Shown one piece after another: positions 15,845 through 23,700 of a stretch of DNA of 32,000 nucleotides; position 1 is the stretch's first letter; each line of letters starts with the position of its first letter. The notes under the pieces are model-generated. The model saw only the letters and a program-made list of their open reading frames with translations. It did not search any database and had not been told where the DNA came from. Source of the DNA: Candidatus Nanoarchaeia archaeon (GTDB taxonomy: Archaea > Nanobdellota > Nanobdellia > Woesearchaeales > JANQNC01); assembly GCA_028279745.1 (NCBI GenBank), contig JANQNC010000001.1:30001-62000 (forward strand), in the 5' to 3' direction. A program made the translations under genes and the position numbers.

Positions 15845-18046
15845 ATGAAAGATAAGAGGGGGCAGATAACAGTATTTATTGTAATAGGAGTAATACTAGT
15901 ATTATCACTATCAGCGATGATATTCTTCAGATCACAATCAATAGAAGAAAAAGGAGAAGAAGAGGTTGCAAGAGCAGCACAAGAAATTCCTTACAACATG
16001 CAAAGAGTAAACCAGTTTGTAAAGAACTGTGCAGAAGATGTAGCTAAAGAAGGAATAAGAGCTATAGGTGCACACGGAGGATACATAGACCCATTAGATG
16101 CAGAGCTAAGCGGAACAATAATGAGAATAGGTGAAGCTCAAACAGAATCAGACGCACTGAAAATGGGTGAGTTAGTAGTGCCTTATTGGAATCACCTAAG
16201 ATCACCAAATGAGTGTATATCAAACTGCAACTTTGACTCAAAGATGCCAAACTTATACAAGTCTGAAGGAGAGCCAAGCATAGAAGGACAGATAGACAGA
16301 TATCTACAAAGAGAACTTCCAAACTGCATAGATAACTTTACAGAATTGAGAGAGTTAGGGTTTGAAGTATTATCAGAAGGGAACATAGAATCATCAACAC
16401 TATTTAGCATAGCAGATGCAAGCATAACATTACAATACCCATTACAAGTCGCAAAAGGAGACGAACGATACGACTTAAATGAGTTCACAGTAGATGTTCC
16501 AGTAAGTGTAAAACAAGTTTATGACCTTGCAAAAGAACTAACAAAGGTAGAACAAGAAGATAACTACCTAGAAAAACATACACTAAATACGATTGCAGCA
16601 TTCTCACAAGTTAACGCAGATAAATTACCGCCAATGGCATCAACAGATTTTGACTGTGACAAAAGAGTCACATGGGTGAGAAGCGATGTAGAGGAAAACA
16701 AACTAAAACCAGTATTACTAAGTCACACATCACTATTACAACCCTTCGGAGTAAGCAACTACAGAAGTTATGATGAAATAACAGACCCAACAACAAGAGG
16801 GATACTTACACAAGCACTAATACCATTTAACGGAAGCGTGTCAGCAGGCTTTGATGTTGACTTTGACTATTTAGGATGGCCAGTATACTTACAGATAACA
16901 CCAAACACAGGAGAGATAATAGAGCCGATGACTGCAGAAGCGTCAGTGTTCGACTTCTGCGTAAACCAATACAAATTTGCATACGATTTATCATATCCTG
17001 TACTGGTAACAATAAGAGATCCACTAGCATTTGCAGGAGAAGGATATAATTTTAATTTTGCTCTGGAAACAAACATAAGAGCAAACGAAATACTAACACA
17101 AAATTCAACAATACAAGAACTAAGACAAGAATTCAACTACTATGATGATGGATTCTTATGTAACACAAACCAAAGAACAAGTGGAAACGTAACTGTAATG
17201 ATAGACGACACAAGAACAGACCTTCCAGTAGAAGGAGTAAGAGTTAAGTTCTGCGTGCCTGATGGAGACGGAGCATGCGGATTTGACTCATGTTTTATGG
17301 GGTTGACAGGTGGAGATGGAAAATTAACAACTGAGTTCCCGTCAGCAGATGGAATAGTGTTGTTCACAAAAGAAGGATACTATGACTTTGCAGGTGCTTT
17401 AGCGACAAGACCTGGAGAAGAGACAAGCTATAATGCATCAATACATCCTATAAGAGAAAAAACAGTAGATGTACAGCTATTGTTGATGAAAGAAAAGTGT
17501 AATGAAGAGATGTCTTTTGTTAGTTCAAGCAATAAAGTTGCAGAAGTAGTGGATGTTGTAGAAGAAGAAGTGACATGCATGTGGGAATTCATGCCATCAC
17601 AAACAACAACATTGGGAGATGAGGATGAAGTGATAATAAACCTAGAGCGAGTAACGCCATCATACTCAACATTCCTTTCAACAGTAAGATTAGAAAAAGG
17701 ATCGGCAGAAACAGTAAAACTGATCCCAGGAGATTATAGTGTTAATGTTATGTATCTAAATGGAGACGGCATAAGCATTCCTGAAAGGGATTTAGATTGT
17801 GATGGTTGTGGTGGCTTAGATGCTATAGAGATAGACTCTATAGTGTTAGGGGGAGCAACTCTGAATAACGAAACGGGATATTGGACATTAACACAAGAAG
17901 AGCTAGACTCAGGAAATAACGTAGTGTTTAAAGCGATAGTCGCAGACGCAACACAGATAGACAAACACGAAGACTTGATAATCTCAGGATTAGTTGAGAA
18001 CACTTCAATGAAATTCACAGAACACATAATACCAGAAATAAGATAA
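15845..18046 (+). CDS. pilin-like (class III signal peptide) modular surface protein (733 aa)
   Basis: N-terminus MKDKRG|QITVFIVIGVILVLSLSAMIFF. It shares the head domain with ORFs 3990 and 18871. A prealbumin/CarboxypepD_reg-like sandwich lies around 17183-17401 (...DGKLTTEFPSADGIVLFTKEGYYD). AGAGGT SD lies 6 nt upstream. Confidence 0.8.
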   Translation: MKDKRGQITVFIVIGVILVLSLSAMIFFRSQSIEEKGEEEVARAAQEIPYNMQRVNQFVKNCAEDVAKEGIRAIGAHGGYIDPLDAELSGTIMRIGEAQTESDALKMGELVVPYWNHLRSPNECISNCNFDSKMPNLYKSEGEPSIEGQIDRYLQRELPNCIDNFTELRELGFEVLSEGNIESSTLFSIADASITLQYPLQVAKGDERYDLNEFTVDVPVSVKQVYDLAKELTKVEQEDNYLEKHTLNTIAAFSQVNADKLPPMASTDFDCDKRVTWVRSDVEENKLKPVLLSHTSLLQPFGVSNYRSYDEITDPTTRGILTQALIPFNGSVSAGFDVDFDYLGWPVYLQITPNTGEIIEPMTAEASVFDFCVNQYKFAYDLSYPVLVTIRDPLAFAGEGYNFNFALETNIRANEILTQNSTIQELRQEFNYYDDGFLCNTNQRTSGNVTVMIDDTRTDLPVEGVRVKFCVPDGDGACGFDSCFMGLTGGDGKLTTEFPSADGIVLFTKEGYYDFAGALATRPGEETSYNASIHPIREKTVDVQLLLMKEKCNEEMSFVSSSNKVAEVVDVVEEEVTCMWEFMPSQTTTLGDEDEVIINLERVTPSYSTFLSTVRLEKGSAETVKLIPGDYSVNVMYLNGDGISIPERDLDCDGCGGLDAIEIDSIVLGGATLNNETGYWTLTQEELDSGNNVVFKAIVADATQIDKHEDLIISGLVENTSMKFTEHIIPEIR

Positions 18047-18071
18047 CTGAACATAGGTGAGGGGTGGAAGA

Positions 18072-18881
18072 ATGGCTAAACAGAAGAAAAAGACAGAGAA
18101 AAAAGGCAAGTTTATAGACTACCTGGATGAAAATATAAAGCTAGCTTTAACCTCAATAAAAGAAAGACCAAAAAAATTAATTCTTCCCTCTGTGGTCGAT
18201 ATAATATTCTATGTGTTGATAGCAATTGTTTTCATTGCATTTGGAAGTTACTTAGTCTCAATATCAGCAGGATTTCCTCTGATGCAGCCAGAACTATTGC
18301 AACCAGAACAACTAGAGCCTTATGATGACATGTTCGCATCACTAATAGTAAAAGTGTTGGTATCAGTAAGCATATTGTTTATTGTTATCAATGCATTAAC
18401 CGCAGTAGCTAAAGGAACGATATGGCAGTATGTACTAAAGAAGAAATTAGAGGTAAAAGATTATTTTAAACTGGCAGGGCTAAATGCACTAATGCTTCTT
18501 TTATTTATCTTAGTAATACTTATGCTTCCAATAAAATTCATAGACCCAACAAGCAACGCATCGTTAATAGGGTATGCGGTGTTTGTTAACCTGATGACTT
18601 TGGTGTTATTACACTTTAGCATAATAGTATACTACAAATTTGTATCACTAAAAAAATTCTTCACAGCAATAAAAGAGGGATTCTTAGTCGGGATAAAAGT
18701 ACACAGATTTATCTTCCCATACTTACTCTCTATTGTAGTCTTATTTGTTTTGGGATTAGTGACTGTTCCGCTGCAATTACTGGGAGATGTTGTTAACCTA
18801 GTAGTATCAACTATTCTACTATTGATATTTATGGCATGGTTCAGGTTTTACATTGCAGAGGTGATAAAGCGTGTCAACTAA
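18072..18881 (+). CDS. polytopic membrane protein, ~6 TM helices (269 aa from ATG 18072)
   Basis: The ORF track starts at GTG 18057. ATG 18072 is better placed behind AGGTGAGGGGTGGA. Lys-rich N-terminus (MAKQKKKTEKKGK) followed by six ~20-aa hydrophobic segments. No family recognised. Confidence 0.7.
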   Translation: MAKQKKKTEKKGKFIDYLDENIKLALTSIKERPKKLILPSVVDIIFYVLIAIVFIAFGSYLVSISAGFPLMQPELLQPEQLEPYDDMFASLIVKVLVSVSILFIVINALTAVAKGTIWQYVLKKKLEVKDYFKLAGLNALMLLLFILVILMLPIKFIDPTSNASLIGYAVFVNLMTLVLLHFSIIVYYKFVSLKKFFTAIKEGFLVGIKVHRFIFPYLLSIVVLFVLGLVTVPLQLLGDVVNLVVSTILLLIFMAWFRFYIAEVIKRVN

Positions 18882-20721
18882 ATCACAAGTGACCCAATTC
18901 ATAGCAATGGGAATCATACTTGTGATAGCAGTAGCAATATTCTTATTCGTAAAAGACCAATTTGTGGGAGCAGAAGTAGTATCAACAGAGTTCGTGCCAG
19001 TAGCAGAATACGTAAAAGAATGCGCATCACAAACAACAGACGAAGCAGTAAGACTGTTGGGGTTACAAGGAGGCTATGTATACATGCCAGACTTCATCAG
19101 GTTTGACCCATTAAGCTACGTAAACAATGCAGGCGTAACACTGCCTTACTGGTATCATAAAGGAGAAAGCAGAGCTCCAACGTTAGAGCTGATGGAAAAT
19201 GACATATCAAGATATGTAAAAGAAAACATTGAAGGATGCACACTGGGCTTTGAAGGGTTTGAGGAAGAGTTTGAGATAGAACAAACAGGCGACATAGAAG
19301 TAGAAACGCACATAAGCGATGAAGAGATAGAAATAGAACTAGTGTACCCCTTATCTTTAAAGCTAAGAGGACAAGAACAAGTTGAAGAAATCACAAAAAT
19401 AAGAACAACAAACAACATAAGATTGGGAAAAATATACTCATTAGCAAAAGACATAATGGACACAGAAAATGAACAAACATTCTTAGAAAACAATACCCTG
19501 GACATGATCGCAGTAGCAGACTTACCTTATGAAGGGTTAGAGGTGGCTTGTGGAAAAGACTGGAGCGTACAAGGACAGATAAAACCACAAGTGCAAGAGA
19601 TGGTGAAATACAATTTCCACTACTTAAATTTCAAAAACACAAAATATGAACGATCAGGAATAGACTACTTCGAATCATTCTACGAACAAGAAGTAGGAAC
19701 ATCTAACTATAAAGACATAAGAGTAAAAACAATATATGACGAAGAGTACGGTATGGAGATAGACGTATATCCCTCACACGGAGACATAACAGAAGGAATC
19801 GACTTAGGGATGCCAGACGTAATACCTTGTCTAAATGTCTATCATCACTTTTACAACATAGAATATCCTGTAGTATTCCAACTAACAGACGAAAAGAATC
19901 CAGAAGACACATATAACTTCTTCTTTGCATCGCCAGTCATAATAGACAAAAACTCAGCAAGAAGATCAAAACCAATAGAAGTAGTAGATGACAGCTTCAA
20001 TACGATAACCTCAGACGATTATTGTGCAACAGCAGAATATGAGCTAACTGTATTTGCAGTAGATAAGTTGTCAGGACAAGAGCTAGCAGATGCAAAAGTT
20101 GAATATCAATGTGTTAACTTTAACTGTAAGATGGGCGTAACAGAACAACCAACATTTGACGGAATCCCAATCGCAAACTCACTACCAAAAGCAGTAGAAA
20201 GATTCCCAGGATGTGTTAACGGATTTATAATCACAACAAAAGAAGGATATCTAGATGGGGAGCTGCAAGAAACCGCAGACGAATCAACCCACGGAGGAAG
20301 CGTGGCAGTAGAGATGACCCCTTTAAGGGATCTAGGATATTCATTCGTGATAAAAGAAGGAGACTCAACAAGACTCCCAAGAGATAATGAAGTAATATAC
20401 ATGGTTATAGAAGACAAAGAGAACGATTACAGAACCGCAATATACTACCCAACAGACTTAGAACAGTTCAATAGATTAAGCTTACCGATAAGAGACGCAG
20501 TATATGATGTTGATGCAAGAATAATAGTTGATGAAACGGTGGTTGGAGGCTTAGAGATACTAGAATGGGAAGTTACACAAGCAGATGTAGAAAGAGCAAA
20601 CTTTTTAGGATTAACACTACTATCATCAGACCCACAACCGACAACAACAGAAGACTATGTGGAACTGTACAGAAATGTAATAATGACTGAGTCAGAGAAT
20701 TATGAACCAAGACTAGAATGA
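18871..20721 (+). CDS. pilin-like (class III signal peptide) modular surface protein (616 aa)
   Basis: A GTG start overlaps the 6-TM gene by 11 nt. N-terminus MSTKS|QVTQFIAMGIILVIAVAIFLFV. Full-length paralog of ORF 15845 (head domain plus a prealbumin-like sandwich at 20038-20271 with ITTKEGYLD). Confidence 0.8.
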   Translation: MSTKSQVTQFIAMGIILVIAVAIFLFVKDQFVGAEVVSTEFVPVAEYVKECASQTTDEAVRLLGLQGGYVYMPDFIRFDPLSYVNNAGVTLPYWYHKGESRAPTLELMENDISRYVKENIEGCTLGFEGFEEEFEIEQTGDIEVETHISDEEIEIELVYPLSLKLRGQEQVEEITKIRTTNNIRLGKIYSLAKDIMDTENEQTFLENNTLDMIAVADLPYEGLEVACGKDWSVQGQIKPQVQEMVKYNFHYLNFKNTKYERSGIDYFESFYEQEVGTSNYKDIRVKTIYDEEYGMEIDVYPSHGDITEGIDLGMPDVIPCLNVYHHFYNIEYPVVFQLTDEKNPEDTYNFFFASPVIIDKNSARRSKPIEVVDDSFNTITSDDYCATAEYELTVFAVDKLSGQELADAKVEYQCVNFNCKMGVTEQPTFDGIPIANSLPKAVERFPGCVNGFIITTKEGYLDGELQETADESTHGGSVAVEMTPLRDLGYSFVIKEGDSTRLPRDNEVIYMVIEDKENDYRTAIYYPTDLEQFNRLSLPIRDAVYDVDARIIVDETVVGGLEILEWEVTQADVERANFLGLTLLSSDPQPTTTEDYVELYRNVIMTESENYEPRLE

Positions 20722-23700
20722 AATCAGAATACCTAAAACAAATAATCGCGAACTTCATAATATTGATAATACTCTTCTTGCCGCATGCACAAGCATTGTC
20801 GATATCAAATGTTAATATAGATGAGATAACAAGCAATTCTGCAAGGATTACATGGAATACAGATAACGCAAGCAACAGTATCGTAAGATATGGAGACACA
20901 CAACAGATACTGGAGTCAGAAGAAAAAACAGAAAGTGTAGTTAATCATTCTGTGACCATCTCTGGATTGAGTAAGGACACAAAATATTATTACAGCGTAA
21001 GATCTGGAGAAATATTTGATAACAATGCAGGAAGCCTGTATACTTTCAGAACATCAGAAGAAGAAATTGTTTCTGAGGATGTTAGCGAAAATGTTAGTGT
21101 CAATGAAACAACAACAGACAATGTAACTTATGTATATGAGGGAACACCTGCAATATCACTAGAAACAATACCTGAATTTACAAGAGAAAGAGACTTCCTG
21201 ATAAAAGGAACAACAAATCCAAATGTTGTATTAAGGTTTTACATCAACGACCACAAAATACCCGAACAGATAGCAGGAACAGAAAGATTTAGCGTGAAAT
21301 CGGGGGTGGATGGCAAATTTAACGCAACAATAAGACTACTATCTGGGTTTTATAACAGCACTTTGGGTCTGAATATCATAAAAGTAGAAGCCACAACAGC
21401 AGATTACTTCAGAAATTATGCATACCAAACAATAGTATATGATGCAGTACCTCCAAGACTTACAGTTAACACAATACCTTTAACTTCAAACCAAGGAAGC
21501 ATAACTGTAAAAGGATCAACAAACGAGGCAACCAAGATAGAGATTGTTGTAAACAATGCAACGCAGTCAACAGTTGAAACAGGAGAAAATAATATCTTTG
21601 AAACAACAGCAACACTATCAACAGGAATAAACCAACTAGAAGTAATAGCAATAGACAAAGCAAACCATACTGCAGTACACAGACAGACAGTAACGCTAGA
21701 CAACACACCACCTTCAATCGTGTTTGAAGAACTTGACGAAACATACCATTTCACAATTGCCACAATAAAAGGAAACACCTCTGAAGGTAATGTAAAAATA
21801 AAAGTAACAAACACAGGATCAGCAAGAATAGATTATGGAGATCCTTCTGGAGTGAGTAGAGTAAGAGCCACATACAATACCACAAACGTAACGACAATAA
21901 GATACGGAAGACAAGAAAACGTAACGGTGGGAGCAGACATAGATGTGTTAGGAAGCATTATTGGATACGAGAAGGAGACAACTTCTGGTGAAAATGGAGC
22001 GTTTACAATAAGAGTTGGTTTAATCAACGGAACAAACAATTTACTCTTTGAGCTAGAAGATGCTGCGGGAAATAAAGCAATAGTGGAGCAAACTCTACAG
22101 ATGGAAGCATCTACGGGATTGTGGAAGATAGGAAGAATAACCACTTTACCAAATGAAGTTTACACAGATAATCTAGGGAATGGAAATGTAGATATTGGAT
22201 TGACGTATGACTTATTTTATCTAGGCTCACAAGCAGAAGATCTAAACTCATTAAGGATAGCAGCAACACTAGATGGAAGCAGATTGAATAATGAATTATT
22301 TAGAGTATCCGACAAACCATACGTATACTGGAACCCAGACCAAAACAAAGCTGTTGTGTACCAAGAGATACAGATGATAAAGTATACTGGCAATCCACAA
22401 GAACTGCCAGACCAAGCAGACTTTGGAATGCAAAACAGGATAACATACAGAATAGGAAGAGAAGCAGAATATGATGAAAAATTATTTTATGATTCAGGAG
22501 TATCCGTTGAGAAACCGCTGAAGTACAGCAGGTTCTTAACACCAGAAATGATCAATAAAAGCCTAGAAAGACTAAACAAAACAATAGCAATACTAGAAAA
22601 AGCATTAGAGATAGCAGAGATAGGAACATATGTATCATTAGGAGCATGTCTAGCGATGACAGTCTACACATATGTGGCAGGTGCAGGTGATAGTCCATTG
22701 CCAAGTGGAGGGCAATTAGAAAAACTATTCTTAGCATGTGATAGACTATTATGTCCAACGGTTCCACCAAAATGTACAGACACAACATTCTCAGATGATG
22801 AATACAAAGGAAATGGGGTGTATGAAAAACAACTTATGGAAGGGAATGAAGTTGTAGGCACAGTAGTTGTACAACACTCAGTCAATCAACCACAAGGATG
22901 TCCACAAGCACCACCAAACTACGCTTATGTAAAAGTAACCACGACAGGATCAGCAGATACACAACTATTTGGACAACAGTTCCCAGGAGCAAATAATAGT
23001 CCAAGCTGGTATCAAACAACACCAATAAGACTACAACAAGGAACAGTAACATCAATCAACAGCAACTGCTTCTATACAGATGTAAGGAATCAGTCAGCAT
23101 TTGAGCCACAACTAGCAAAAGCAGGATGCTACACGCCCGAAAACCCATTCTATGACAACACAAAATGTCTATGGAACTTCAAAAAAGGCAATAATCCAAC
23201 AATGACAGACCTAAATCCTTATGATGACATAATCACATCAGTAAGATGTGGATGTGTAACAGGAATAAGAGGAAATTTAGAAAACATAATAGGAATACTG
23301 GAAGGAATCAGAGGATGTTTACAACAAGCACAAATCGGAGAAGTCCGAGGAGGGTATTGTGAAAGATTAGTTGCACAATTCGCATGCGATTGGATATCTT
23401 GGTTGGTAAAACAAGTAGTCAATGCAGATTGGCAAGGAATAATAAAATCAAAAGCATCATCAGAATACATAGGAAACGTACAACAAAGAATAGGTGAAGT
23501 AAACAGTAATCTACAAGCAAGATATGGTGCAATAGCAGCAAGCAGAGTTGGATTATCAGCAGATCAGCTATTCAACAAAGCATGTATAGCTGCAATCACT
23601 GGTGATTGGACAGACTTACAGAACTTATTAAGAGAGTCAACAAGAATCCCAGTCAAACCAGTAATAGGACCAATGCTTCCAGAATCAAGAGTAACAGCAT

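Noticed and set aside
18057-18071. GTG start at 18057 for the 6-TM gene
   Set aside because: This GTG lies inside the SD-like AGGTGAGGGGTGGA. The ATG at 18072 directly follows it and yields the typical MAKQKKK N-terminus.
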